Origin: Eledone cirrhosa
Taxonomy: Eukaryota
Direction of reading: 5' to 3'
NCBI GenBank assembly: GCA_964016885.1
Contig: OZ024749.1
Location: 15,562,001 to 15,626,000 of the forward strand
Length of the DNA stretch: 64,000 bases
A program made the position numbers and the translations under genes. The notes beneath the pieces were generated by a model. That model saw nothing but the letters and a program-made list of their open reading frames with translations. It searched no databases and was not told the DNA's origin. Each line of letters opens with the position of its first letter. Position 1 is the first letter of the stretch. Below, piece by piece: positions 26,301 through 41,300 of this stretch.

Positions 26301-29300
26301 CAAACACACACAGAGGTTAAAATCAGTAATATGTTTCTGTAATAAATCTTCTAAAATTCTAGATGGTCAACAGACGATTGGATTTGAGTGTGAAGGTTTC
26401 CAGCCTGGTATTGCTGTGACACATTGGCGAGGTATTGAGTTCTACAACTCATCCACAGAAGTCATTACCAATGAAGAGATGAACACAAAGTTGGAGGAAT
26501 CCGATTCCAGCATTTGGTACTCCGATATTGAGTACGCAGGTTTGGACACATTCCGTGAAGGTGTTTATGGAATCAACCATCCATATGCCTCTCTTAGTGC
26601 CAGCCCTTATGTGCCATTCATGGACAATGTCACAATACGATATGGAGCCTATGATGCCTTGAATTTCACTTATATCCTTGGCAAAATCCAGATGGAAAAC
26701 TGCACCATTGAAAATAATAGAGGTGAGTTGTTGTTGCTCTTGTTATGGCTGTTGTTGTTGTTTATTGGTGATGTCCAGCAAAAGCAAGGGGGACAACCAT
26801 CTATGCATTTCAGGCTTAACTGGCCTTCGTCAGGACGATCCCTCCCACCGCTTGTGGCTGCTGGACTTGAAAATAGCCGAGAATATATAGTATTCTTATC
26901 TGTAAATGAGGTGATTAATCTCATTTGCATATGAAGGTGCATAAGTTGGCTCAACTTATAATAGAAAAGAAATAAGATTTCGCTTCAAGCATAGCTTTAT
27001 ACAATATGTATAGAGATTTCATATTTCTAAAGAAATACGGTTTTAGGAAGCCGTAGCTATGCAAGCACTGGAGGAGGGGGGGGGGGGGGGCTATTTCTTT
27101 TCTCTCTCTTTCTTTCTCTCTCTCTCTATATATATATATATACACACACACACTGTAAAGTGGTCGGGTAGGTGACACGCCAAAAACCAGCCAGTACACA
27201 CTGTAAATGTGGTTGGCATTAGGAAGGGCATCCAGCCAGCTGTAGACATCTAGCCAGAAACAGTTCTGTATGAGAAGGTCACGGTCACCTGACCCAACTT
27301 GCCTCAAATAGGACAACCCGTTTAACTCATACTAGCATGGAAACTTGATGTTAAACAATGATGATGATGATGATGATATATATATGTGTGTGTGTGTGTG
27401 TGATAAACACACCCAGTACATGCTGTAAAATGGTTGGTGATAGGAAGGTCATCCAGCCATAGAAATGTCAAACAAACCCTCAGTTGTGTCAAAGGCATGA
27501 CAACCTCTCCTGTGCACTCTGTGAACCATGAGACTGTACGTAAGTTAGACACAGATCCCTGGTCCACCTGGCAGATCAGTGGCTCTGTTTCAATACTAGC
27601 TTGGTCTCTATTTACCTGTTCAACCCTTTCTAGCAGTGAAAGTGGATGTTAAAACAATAATGATGATATATATATACATTTCTTCTTCTTCACCCACTTA
27701 TTCTTGAGAGGGTCATGGGGGAAGATCCTCAAACACTCCTTCCAGCGGGTTCTGTCAGAAGCAACTGCCTCTAAGTGATCTGGCTGGATCTCCAAGTGAG
27801 ACCAACCGAGCTCATGGATGTTAGTAATCCAACCATCTTTCTAGCATTAGGAAAGGTATCTGGCTCTAGATCCTAGATACTCACTTCGCCTGTTGCAGAC
27901 AGCGTATCAACATGAGATATTCTTCTCCACAAAGTTCGATCATCAACAACAGAGTTTAAAAGCAAAGGTCAAGTCGAATCCATTAGTTGACATTATCTAG
28001 CCAGTGTTTTGGCTGTTGACCTCTGCTTCTTTTACTTTCCTGTTTAAATTAAAATCTTCCAACATAATTTTATATAAGACCCATATGTTAAGTTACTATC
28101 CTATGTAAGGAAATAATAATTTTAGTAAATCCCTAAAAAATTCTTCATTATTTAATTTGGCACATTTAACTTACTCACACCACGAGTTGATCTTTTGATA
28201 TAAACATACAGTTTTAAGTACTCCTGACTTGATAACTGATGTGATTGGCTTAAGCTTGGTAATGTTGAGCAGCTCATTGATAGAGATAGGGTCACTGAGT
28301 CATTTGTCATAAGTCTCATGATGTGGTTCTGTAATGTAGAGAGCTTCTGAAGCGACCTTGTCGTCCAGTTAACACAGTCAAGACCATATAACACAACTAG
28401 TAGAATGTAAGTAACAAAGATCTTGGTCTTCAAATGAAAAAGGACTCATTTTGATGTTAGTACTTCCTTGTTCTGGGTGTAGAACATTGCCTCAAAAATA
28501 AACTCCATGATTAATATGAAATCTGTGATGGGGCAATCCACAAAGCTAACCCCTGCTATAGCAGGGAAAATTACCGTAACCCCTTTGATGCTCACCCAGG
28601 TAAATTCTGGCTCTTGTTCTATGAAACAAAGCCACCTGTTTTAAAGTAATGAAATAATTAATAATTTTAGTCAATCCCTCAAAATTCTTCATTATTTAAT
28701 TGAAATAGAATGAATTTTATGAGAGTTACTGCCAGAAATGAGTTAAAACTTTCCTGTTTAAATTAAAATCTTCCAACATAATTTTATATAAGAACTATAT
28801 GTTAAGTTACTATCTTATGTAAGGAAATAATAATTTTAGTAAATCTTTCCAAATTCTTCATTATTTAATTTGGCAGTGTTGGTAGAGCGTTGACCAACAT
28901 GCTTTGCAGCATAGAGTTACAGACCTTTACATTCTGAGTTCAAATCCCACTGAGGTTAGCTTTGCCTTTCATCTTTACGTGGTTGATACATTAAAGTACC
29001 AGTAACGTACTGGGGTCGATTTTATCGACTTTCCCTTCCCCCAAAATTCGAGGCCTTGTGCCTATACACGAAAGGGAGGTTAGTACCAGTAACACACTGG
29101 GGTTGATTTGAAATAGAATGTATTTTATTAGAAATATGGCCATGAAAGGGAGGTTTAAAATTGTTGGTTGTATAATTGTTATTGTTGCAGGTGATGGTAT
29201 GTCTGTAAGGTCAGTGATGGGCCTGGTGAAGGTAGAGAAATCTGTGATTAAACGGAACTGGGGAGATGGAATCAAATATTACAGTATTAACAGGACGTTG

Positions 29301-31774
29301 CCCCATGACCTCGACATGATGTTCACTCAACCCTACTTCTTCTGTAAACGTATATCACTTGAAATGAATCGTTACCCTCTCTATTTGGGGGAGCAGGTGA
29401 TCCACAGAGGCAGTAATATTGGAATTCCTGGATGTCAACATGTAAGTATCTCTGATTTAACTCTCAATGTCCTGTACCACATAAAACGACATTAACAAGA
29501 CATTAAAAAGTTAAAGTCTTTACTCTAATATGCAAATTTCTACAACAATGATCTGTCCACAAGTAATTAAAATACAATCTGTCTATTAGTAAGAAATACT
29601 ATAAACATTTGAATTAACAAACCACATGAAACTACATTAGCAAGACATTGTTGAAAAGTACAAAACAGCACTATGATTGCGTCACATTAAAAATTAAGGT
29701 CTTTACATTAATACTGCACATTTTTGCAGTCATCTATTCACTAGTAAAGATACTATAAACATTTGAATTAATAAACCACATTTACAGGACATTCTTCAAA
29801 AGTACAAAACACTGACTATAACTCTAACACTGCAAATTTTCGCAACAATGTGTTCACTAGTTAAGATGCTATATTTCAATTACCAAACCCATATTTAGAC
29901 ATTTTCTGCTAAATTATTCTGGGATGTCAAAAGTTAACAACACTCTGATATCAAATCTCACCGAGGTCTTCTTGGCCAAATGGTTAATGTGTTGGACTCA
30001 GACTTGTAAGGTTGTGGGTTCACTTCCTTGATCAAGTGGCATGTTGTGTTCTTGAGCAAGACACTTCATTTCATGTCGCTTTTACATGAAAGGACTGTGG
30101 CCCTCGATCATTAAAACATCCAAGACTCTTCTTATGGGATGCAAATTGTAAGAGGCCAACTAAAATGGCTGAAGCTGTTTTTTTCTTTCATCCTTCCAGG
30201 GTTGAAATAATATATTGTACCAGTTAAATACTGGGGTTGATGTAATATATTGTACCAGTTAAGTACTGGGGTTGATGTAATATATTGTACCAGTTAAGTA
30301 CTGGGTTGGTGTAATATATTGTGCCTCCACTGCCACTGGCTCTACTACCACCACCACTGCCACTGGCTCTACTACCACCACCACCACTACCTCTACTACC
30401 ACCACCACCACCAGCTCGACTACCACCACCACTGGCTCTACTACCCCCCCCCCCCCCCCCAACACCTCTACCACTGACTCTACTACCACCACCACCACCA
30501 CTGCCAGTGCTAATACTACTACTATTAGTAGTAGTATTTTGTTTTTATTATTGTTGCTATTGTTAGTTGGCATTGTTGCTGTTGTTGTTGTTGATGATAT
30601 TGTGGCTGTTGGTGGTGGTGTTGTTGTTGTTGCTATAGTTGTTGTGAGTGATGTTGTGTTTGTTGTTGATGTTGCTGTTGTTGTTGTTGTTGTTGATGTT
30701 GCTATTGTTGTTGCTGTTGTTGATGTTGCTATTGTTGTTGTGCTATTGTTGTTGTTGTTGTTGCCGTTGCTATAGTATGTTGATGTTGTTGTTGTTGTTG
30801 CAGAGATTCAGCACACACAAAGGCCTCCACCTGACGCTGCATTTCCTTTTACTGGAGAGTGACCCGAAGAGTAAAGGTGAGCTGGAAATATCCTATGGAG
30901 ATGTTGGTAGTCCCAAGGAACTGAACGTTCCAATATGGAATGGAAGTTACCCCCAGTCAGTCACAACTCTCTCCAATCATATCACCATCAAGTTCAACTT
31001 CATACGACGAGGGTCGTGTTCTGTCTTCAAATATTGCATACGATTCTTACTTCTGCTCACTACCAATGATGGTAAGTTGTTATTACTACTATTACTAGTA
31101 ACTATACTACTACTACTACTGTTACTACCAATGATGGTAAGTTGTTATTACTACTATTACTAGTAACTATACTACTACTACTACTGTCACTACCAATGAT
31201 GGTAAGTTGTTATTACTACTATTACTAGTAACTATACTACTACTACTACTGTCACTACCAATGATGGTAAGTTGTTATTACTACTATTACTAGTAACTAT
31301 ACTACTACTACTACTGTCACTACCAATGATGGTAAGTTGTTATTACTACTATTACTAGTAACTATACTACTACTACTACTGTCACTACCAATGATGGTAA
31401 GTTGTTATTACTACTATTACTAGTAACTATACTACTACTACTACTGTCACTACCAATGATGGTAAGTTGTTATTACTACTATTACTAGTAACTATACTAC
31501 TACTACTACTGTCACTACCAATGATGGTAAGTTGTTATTACTACTATTACTAGTAACTATACTACTACTACTACTACTACTACTACTACCAATGATGGTA
31601 AGTTGTTATTACTACTATTACTAGTAACTATACTACTACTACTACTACTGTTACTTCCAATGATGGTAAGTGTTTATTACTACTATTACTAGTAACTATA
31701 CTGCTACTACTACTACTACTTCCAATGATGGTAAGTTTTTATTACTACTATTACTAGTAACTATACTGCTACTG

Positions 31775-31821
<47 letters not shown>

Positions 31822-31881
31822 GTTACTACCAATGGTGGTAAGTTTTTATTACTACTATTACTAGTAACTATACTGCTACTG

Positions 31882-31918
<37 letters not shown>

Positions 31919-32100
31919 CAATGATGGTAAGTTTTATTATGACTATTACTAGTAACTATACTGCTACTACTACTACTACCAATAATAGTAAGTTTTTATT
32001 ACTACTATTACTAGTAACTATACTATTACTACTACTACTACTACTACTACTGTTACTACCAATAATAGTAAGCTTTTATTACTACTATTACGAGTAACTA

Positions 32101-32140
<40 letters not shown>

Positions 32141-32329
32141 GTTACTACCAATAATAGTAAGTTTTTATTACTACTATTACTAGTAACTATACTATTACTA
32201 CTACTACTACTACTGTTACTACCAATAATAGTAAGCTTTTATTACTACTATTACGAGTAACTATACTACTAGTACTACTGTTACTACCAATAATAGTAAG
32301 TTTTTATTAACTACTATTACTAGTAACTA

Positions 32330-32372
<43 letters not shown>

Positions 32373-35300
32373 GTTACTACCAATAATAGTAAGCTTTTAT
32401 TACTACTATTACGAGTAACTATACTACTACTACTACTGTTACTACCAATAATAGTAAGTTTTTATTATTACTACTACTACTACCAATAGTAACATTTCCG
32501 TTCTTACTTCTACTACCAATACTAGTAACTCTTTAGTCACCACTCTCACTATTACTACAGGTAACTCTTTAATCACTGTTACTAACATAGGCCAATATTA
32601 GTCAGTTCTAAGTTCAAATCCCGCCGAGGTTAACTTTGCCTTTAATCCTTACTCGGTCAATAAATAAAATAAAGCACCAGTAATGCACTGGGGTCAATTT
32701 AATCGACTTTTGCCTTTCTCCAAAATTGCTGGCCTAGTGCCTATATAAGAAAGTAGATTGGCGGTATCAGTAGAGTATCAGATGCCATGCTTTGCAGCAA
32801 AGAGTTATGGCCCTTTGCGGTCTGAGTTCAAATCCTGCTGAGCTTAACTTTGCCTTTCATCCTTGTAGGGGCAATAAAATAAAGTACCAATAATACACTG
32901 GGGTAACTGCTGGCCTTGTGCCAAAAGTAGAAACAATTATTATTATTGTTATTCATGTAATTATTGAAATTTTAGACTTTAATAATAGAATGGTGTCCTG
33001 CACCCTCGCCCCCTTCTTTTTATAGTTCCACACCCGGAATTTTGGATCACTGAATCGAATGTCACCCATAACGGTCAGCATGGGATTTCTGTTCAAGACA
33101 TGAAGAGTTTAACTTGGATTAATTCTACAAGAATAACAGACAACAATTATGAAGCCGGTCTTCGTATATTCCAAGGTGCAGGAAATGTGATTGTTAACAA
33201 TACCTTACTGGAGAACAATGCCATGTCTGGTGCCAACATCACATATTCTGGTGGTACCATTTTATTGAACCACACCAGAGCCATAGCCAATCAAGGTTAT
33301 GGCATCCTTTTGGAATTCCAGAAACTCAACAGATCTCGTATAGAAGATGGCTTGAATATAGATTCATACTTTAGTACCTTTTCTGGAAACATCCTGACAG
33401 CTCTTCGTGTTGGGAATTACTGCAGGTCGGCCAATGTGCTTATTGATAAAGGAAACTTTGAAAACAACCTCCAAGAGGCAATAGAATATTTGTCTTGTAA
33501 TGTCACATCCTTCATGGCCAATTTCTCGGTAACAATGAGCAATTTCAAATCAAACATGAAACCTGGTATTCTAATGGCACCAATGGTAAATACCCAAGGT
33601 AAAATAGCTAATAACACTTTCAAAAACCATTCCAATGGTGCTATTCGTATCAACAATGGCAACGACTTGCTCGTGTCTCGGTGGTATGCAAAGTTCCCAG
33701 TTGATTACAACATACTTGGTAACGATTTTCAATACAATTATGGTTCCTATGTCGTTAACATCAAGCTTACTGAAGAAAGTTCTGAACAAACGTTGAATTT
33801 CATAAATAACAGACTTACTGAAAATAATATCCAAAACTCGTTTCCATTCCTGAAACCTCGGAGCAAAGCCAATGCTGTTTTAATAGTCTCTTCAAGTAGA
33901 GTGACAGCTACAAAAAATATAATCAACAACCCAAACTCCGTTCGAGAAATGTCCACTCATTTGACTGACCCTTCTAAAACAATAGACGCTAAAAGGAATT
34001 TTTGGGGGTCTGATAAATACAAAGACTTTTATCTGCGTATATTTGATCGAGACGAGCGATACAATCTGGCAGTTATTCAGTACGTCCCAGCATTGGTTGA
34101 TGAGCGGATTTACGAAGACTTCGATTCAAAAGATTACCCTCCAGATTCAAAAAAGACCTTCATTCGAGGGCAAGTCATTGGCGGAGAATTGAATGAAGAG
34201 AAAGTACTGAGCAAGGGTGATTACCATGTTGATAAAGATATCTACATTGAACCAAGAGGTGTGTTGACCATTCTACCAGGAACAGTCCTCACATTTGATA
34301 ATTCTGTTGGTATGATAGTCTATGGAGCACTGGTTGCTGATGGAAAGAATGAAGAATGGGTGAAGTTCTTGCTCAAAGATGAGTATGACACAGCTGTTGA
34401 GAACATGACGTTTCCAATTCGGTTGGCAGATGGCGACAACGACAGAGAAGGGCGTCTTGAAGTGGACATTGACGGTTCTTGGGGGACAGTCTGCAGAAAG
34501 GTAGGTTGCCATTTCTACCATTTTATACTTACCAACCCTCTCTCCTTCTTTCTCACTCTCTCTCTCTTTCCTTCTCCCACTCACTCCCTCTCTCCTTCCT
34601 TCTCACTCTTTTTCACTCTCACTCTCCTCCTTTCTCACTCTTACTCTCTCCTCCCTTCTCAATCTCCTCCCTTCTCACTTCCTTCCTCCTCTCTCACCTT
34701 CCTTCTCACCCCTCACTGTCCCTTCCTCTTTCAACCTCTGCTCTCTCTCTCCCTCTTTAACCTCTCTCCTTTCTCATCCTCTCTCTCTCACACCTTCACT
34801 ACCTCTCACCGTCTCCCTCCACCCACCCTCTTGTTCTCCTCCCTCTATCTCAGTCATGGTTGAGGCACAGTAACTTTGAGTCAGCCCCCTTTAAGCCAAC
34901 CTACTTCCCTTTAACTAATCCACTACCATTAAGCCAGTAATCTGCTCTTGAGCTATCCCATTAACCATGAATGAAGCTCCCTGAGCCAACGTACTGTCCT
35001 TCATTCTGCTCCCTTGAACTAACCCCCTTGAGCTGTTGCAACCCCTTTGATCCAATCCACTGTCCTTGAGCCAATCCACGGTCCTTGAATCAATCTACGG
35101 TTCTTGAGCCAATCGACTGTTCTTGAGTCTGCCCTTTTGAACCAACCTCCTTGAGCCAATCCATTATCCTTGATCCAATCCACTATCCTTGAGCTAATCC
35201 ACTGTCCTTGAATCAATCAACTGCCTTGAGTCTATCCTCTATCCTTGAACCAATCCACCGTCCTTGAACCAATCCACAGCCATAGAGCCAACCCACTGTT

Positions 35301-38300
35301 TTTTAGTCTGCCCTCTTGAACCAACCTCCTTGAGCTAATCATCTGTCCTAAATTTAATTGAAACTAATTATAATGTAACATTTGTAATGACAGGGTTGGA
35401 CTCAAAGGAACTCTATATTGGCATGTAACCAGCTTGGGTTAGTCTTTAACCCTTTATTTGATCAACTTGAAACGAAAGTTTCAGCTCCTTCATCCACACC
35501 AATTTTATTAAACTGGGTCACATGTAGTGAAGATGACGTTGATTTGACCAAATGTATGGCTGAGCTGGGATCCTTGGAACCAATAAACTGCAATCATGAT
35601 CAGGATGTTTACATCCGTTGCCAAACACCATCATGGTCAGGTAGGTTTCATTCTTCTTCTTTGCCCACTTATTCCTGAGAGGGTCGTGGGGGCAGAGTCC
35701 TCAAACACTCCTTCCAGTGGGTCCTGTCAGAAGCAGCCATCTCCAACTGATCCAGCTGGATCCCCAAGCATGACCAGCTTAGCACATGGATGTTATCCAG
35801 CTATCTTGCTCAGGGTCTACCCCTGGGTCTCCTGCCGATTGGTTTTGCCCGTAAAATCTGCCCATTGATTTTTTCCTGAGACATTCTGACCACATACCCT
35901 TAGTATTTTATTTTCATTTTAATTTTAAAAAAAATCTTTTACAGGTTTCAGTCATTAGACTGGCCATGCTGGGGGCATCACCTTAAAGTCAATCATATCA
36001 ATTCCAATACATGGTAGGGTGCCAGACATCATGCTTTGTAGCATAGAGTTACAGCCCTTTACATTCTAAGTTCAAATCCTACTGAGGTTAGCTTTGCCTT
36101 TCATCCTTAAGGAATTGATAAAATAAAGTACCGGTAACACACTGGGGCGATTTAATTGACATTCCTCTCCATCAAAATTGTTGGCCTTGTGCCTAAATCA
36201 GAAATCATAATATTTTCTAGTCTGGTACTTATTTTATCAATATCATTTTGTTGAACTATTAAGTTATGGGACTTAAATGCAGACATGAACACACACACAT
36301 ACATGGTAGGGGTAGTTCATATTTTTATTTATGGAATCTATCTATCTATCTTTATATTGCAGGAATCACTCTTGCAGCTGTTCCAAAGATCAAAAACACA
36401 CAGGAGACACAAATTCGAAGTGTCCTGATTGACCGAGCTGGGATGCTTGACTACTCCAGCCTGCTTTTCTCATCGGCCTTACAGATCGACTACAACTTCT
36501 TCGATATCAGCAACGTGACGGTGACCGATGCCAGCGCTGATGGGATCTATGTGAAGTTCAATCACCCTTACACTAATAACAGGTTGCAGCATTGTAACGT
36601 GTACAACAGTCGAGGCAATGGGCTCATCACAAAATACCCATTTTTGGAAGCCGCTTATGGCACTTATCGCAACAACTTGCTCAATGGTTTCATGTATGAC
36701 CCGTTCTTCACTGAGGCTGAAGCGCTGAGTGTCCGAAACTTTATGAGATCTGATCAAGTGAACCTGCTAGAGGAAAGCAAGATTTTCACCCTTACACAAG
36801 AAACTACATTTTTCATTACCCAGCTGAAAAAATTCACGATGAACAAGGAGTTTAGATATGGAATCAAAGTGTCCGATTATAAGCTACGTCCCACCATACA
36901 GATCTTGAATTATAATCCACTGACCAGTGTTGAGAAGGTGACCGTCACTGATGGTGGGAAGGATTACCACATTGAGGAGGATCTCATTGATTTCCCCCTC
37001 GTGTCCTCAACAAATTCCTTCACTGTTGTGCTTAAAGTTACTGGGGTGTTGAGTGGACGGTTCTCATTCGTCATTGTACTGGGTAAGTATTTTATATATT
37101 ATGGTGGTAGTGGTGGTATGGTGGTGGCATGATGATGGTTGTAGTGGTGGTGGCGTGGTGGTTGTAGTAATTATGGTAGTGTGGTTGTAGTGGTGATGGT
37201 GGGGTGTGGTGTTGTGGTGGTTGTAAAGGTGATGATAGAATCATAGAGGTGAGATTGGTTGTGATAAGGTGGAGATGTGGTGATGATAGGGTGGAGGTGT
37301 TGTGGCCATAGAGGTGATGGTGGGGTTATGGTGGAGTGGGGATGGTGTGGTTGTGTGTGTGTGTGTGGGGGGGGGGGTAGAAGTGATGGTGGTGTTGTGA
37401 TGGTTGTTATGGTTATCAGAGTTCTACTTAATCTTTCATCAGTCTAGAGAGAGGTAGGGTGGGGTCAGTGAAATAGATACCAGTTATATATTGTACTTAG
37501 TATAACTGGCTGGTCCCTCCTTCCACCTGACCCTTCCCTAAGCCCTCTCCTACTACTCACATCTGTTGTCTGCTTCTATCACACCTCCTTCGCCTACATT
37601 CACAGCTCTGTTGTCCCCCGCTTCCCTCTACCACTCCTGTTCTTCACCTCCTCCCTCTACAACTCCTCTGTTCTCCACCACCTCCTCAACCACTCACATT
37701 TCTCTTCACCACCTCCCCCAACCACCCACACCACTGTTCTCTACCCCACCACCACACACTTCTCTGTTCTTCACCTCATCTCCTCCTACCACTCACATCA
37801 CCCCCCCCCCCCCCAACTCATCATTTTATTTATTTCTACAGTGAATTTATTTTAAGAAACAAAATTATAATAACATTGTTAATTTTGTGTGTTTTGTATT
37901 TCAGCACTACGTTCTAAGGTACCAAACCCTCAAGTTTACCTGAGAAACTGCACATTGTACAACAATGACATTGGTCTAGTCACAAAACATTACAACAATC
38001 CTTCAAATGACAAACAGGAACTTTACTTCAGGTTCCGAGAAGAGAGCATCAAACTGGCTTATGTGAACATCTTGAATAGTCGCACCCATGCAATGTTTGT
38101 CCCTAGTGTAACGAAATATCACGAGAACTTCATTCCCACTTATGAAGAACTTACACGTCCCCAAAGAGTTGGTACGATTTCGTATCTGATCATGAATTGT
38201 GTTTTTGCCAATAACAGACGAGGTATCACTGCTGAGCATAATCACGTGGAATTTGCTAACAATGTTTGGAAATGGCATATCACTTACTGTCGCATCAAAG

Positions 38301-41300
38301 ACAACATGGAGGGTGGATTGGAGATTGAATTGCCAAGAGTCAACGATAGGAACGAACGGCTGAAACACTCTGTAGAGATCAACCATACGATATTTGAAAC
38401 AAACAAAAACTTTGCATTCAGCATCAATGGTTACTTTGCCGATGTTGACATTGCTAACTCAATTTGGAAAAATAATTTCTGTCGTCTTGGATTGTTTGAT
38501 CTTATCGGAATGGAAAAAAATATCAGCATGGTGCTAAACTATTTCACCAACAACATTTGCAGATACATCATAAATTTTGACATCAACAGTCACTATGAAT
38601 ATATGTACCCAGTTTGGGGAAATTTCTCGTACAATAAAATCTACGACAATGGTCTCAGAACTGACACAGAGAGCAGAGAAAACTTGCCATCAGCATTTGC
38701 TGTGGCTTTAAAAGGACTTCAGCAAATGTTTTTTAATAGAAATCTGTTTAAAAATCCAAGACTAAGATATGAATTTGTCGCAGGTATAACGTGTGTTTCC
38801 TTGGATAACATAGTTGATGTTACAGAAAACTGGTGGGGAACCTCCGACCAGGATCTTATTCAGAAAAAGATTTTTGATTTTGATTCCTGGAACAATTTTG
38901 GAATTGCCAAATTCATTCCTTACCTCCTTGAGAACCATTTTAGGAGCAAATCCTTTACAACTGAAAAACATGAACGTATACAAAATGATTTGGAACTCGG
39001 GGGTAGAATATCAACTTATAAATCCTTATATGCTTCTGATAATCCTTATGAAGTCATTAATGATATCACAGTGATGCCAGGAGCTGTTCTGAAGATTGAA
39101 CCTGGTGCAGTGTTACACTTCAAACCAAATGTTGGCATTTTAGTGTTGGGAGCGTTGGATGCAAGAGGCCTTCCTAACAGACGGATCAGGATGCTTCCCA
39201 GTCCAGCGACAATCAATAAAAATAGCATCCGGAATCGTTCAGTAACGTTCAAATTACAGCAGATATCCAAAGAAAAGGCAAGACTTTCTGGAGGTTCCAC
39301 TCCAAACGAAGGCTTCTTGCAGTTTTACAACACATCAACAAACCAGTGGGATATCATGTGCAATGTAAAACTTCCAGAAAATGTGGCTCAAGTCATCTGC
39401 CGTCAACTTGGCTTTGAAACTATTAATGTTAGGATATTTAATTCACATCTTTTTGATTATTACATCTATGGCTTAACCACATATTTCACTAAAACCTTCT
39501 GGAGGTATTCCTACTATTGTAAAGGGAATGAAGATTCATTAGACCAGTGTACCAAGAAAATTGACTACCAGATTATGTCCTGCATTCAAAATGAAAACTA
39601 CACATTCCTGCATTGTGGCGAAAGTAACCTGGAAGAGGGATTTAACTACTGGGGTAACATTCGCTTCTCTCAACCATCTTACCAGGAAGACTCCCAACAG
39701 AAGGACTCCAAACAGTCGTTTATAAAATATGTTGATATACACGGCGCTGGAGTGCTTCATGGCAATAAAGTCGGAGCCATCCAGTCTGTTTATCGTAGCC
39801 CAGTTATTCAACATGTGAACATTAGCAGTTGTGCTTCAAATGGAATTGATTTCATATCTCCATTGACAGATCTTCTAATAGAGGAACAAAACATCACTGC
39901 TAACCTTGGCTTTGGGGTCAACATTCTTGTACTGAATGGAGACTCCAAAATCTCAAACATTGCCTCTTTTGTACCTCTCATACAGAGTACCATACCCTAC
40001 TACCTATTTGGCTTAGTAGAGATGTGTCTGTTAGAAAAGGAGATTGTTCTGGAGACGAAGATGCTACTTTATTACAAGTATTCTTCCAGCGCTATCGACT
40101 GTGTCAAATCAATCAAAAGTAAATACAGGGATAAACCCTTAGCACTGCGTTTCCTGCAAATAAACCTGTTTTCTGAAGACTTTATGCGAAACCTTATAGA
40201 AATATTTGATGGTGAATTTGGTAATCAGGATTTGATTGGAGAAATCTTGAGTAATTCATCTTCTGAAAGTGTGCAGCAGCTTTACCGTACCTCCAAGGAA
40301 CCACACACCTTAACATTACACATCCATGCTTCTATTGCCAGTCGTGATTATGGTTTTATTGCAGAAGTTGTCACCTTGCCACAGTCGTCAACAGGAATTA
40401 TTGGTATGTGTTACATTTTGCATTCTTTACTAATGTTTCTTTCACCTTTTTATTATTTAGGATTTCAAATAAGGGCCGGGGTGTATTTAAAGACATGTGC
40501 AGGGAACTAGGAGAGATTTTCATTCAGAGATGTGTAGGAATTACAAAGAAAAGTCTTCACTGAGAAGTTCTCATTTTAAGATATGTACGAAGTGCAAAAC
40601 GAGGGCATTCACTTCTAGAAGGTTTTTAACTGTGAGGTCCTCATTCCAAGATATCTAGGAAGGGCAAGGAGAAGGTTTTCACCACGAGGTTCTCTTTCCA
40701 AGATATCTAGGAAGGGATTAGAGGGTTTTCACCATGAGGTTCTCATTCCAAGATATCTAAGAAGAGCAAGGAAATGGTTTTCACTGGGAGGTCCTCATTC
40801 CAAGATATCTAGGAAGGGCAAGAAGAGGGGCTTTCACCTCAACACTTTAAGGTTCTCCTTCAGTACTGTGTAGGAGGTTACTAGTTGGAGCTTTTGCTGT
40901 GTGTGTGGAGTGGAGAGAGGAAGTTTATATTTCAATAATAGGCTGCATTCAGAGACGTATTAGAATAATAAGGCAAGGTATTCACATCAAGGATGGGAAT
41001 TGGTAGTTTTAGACAAGATAGTTTGTAGTATTTGTTCCAGCTCATTAACATCCAGAGTTCAAATACTGCTGTGGACTACTGAGACAGCAAACTTGATCTA
41101 TTGTTTAATTTAACACCACCACCTGGTCACTGAATAGACTCTACTCTGTTGTCCAGTTTAACACCACTACATGGCTCTTGGGTAGAGTCCACTGTTGTCC
41201 CGTTTAACACCACTACATGGCTCTTGGGTAGAGTCCACTGTTGTCCAGTTTAACTCCACTACATGGCTCTTGGGTAGAGTTCACTGTTGTCCAGTTTAAC

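Noticed and set aside
30259-30800. Pro-rich and Val/Leu-rich ORFs
   Set aside because: (CCA)n and (GTT)n low-complexity intron sequence.
34501-34863. Ser/Leu/Pro-rich hydrophobic C-terminus of ORF 33100-34863 as a transmembrane tail
   Set aside because: Read-through into a CT-rich intron after the donor at 34500; the SRCR domain continues in the exon at 35394.
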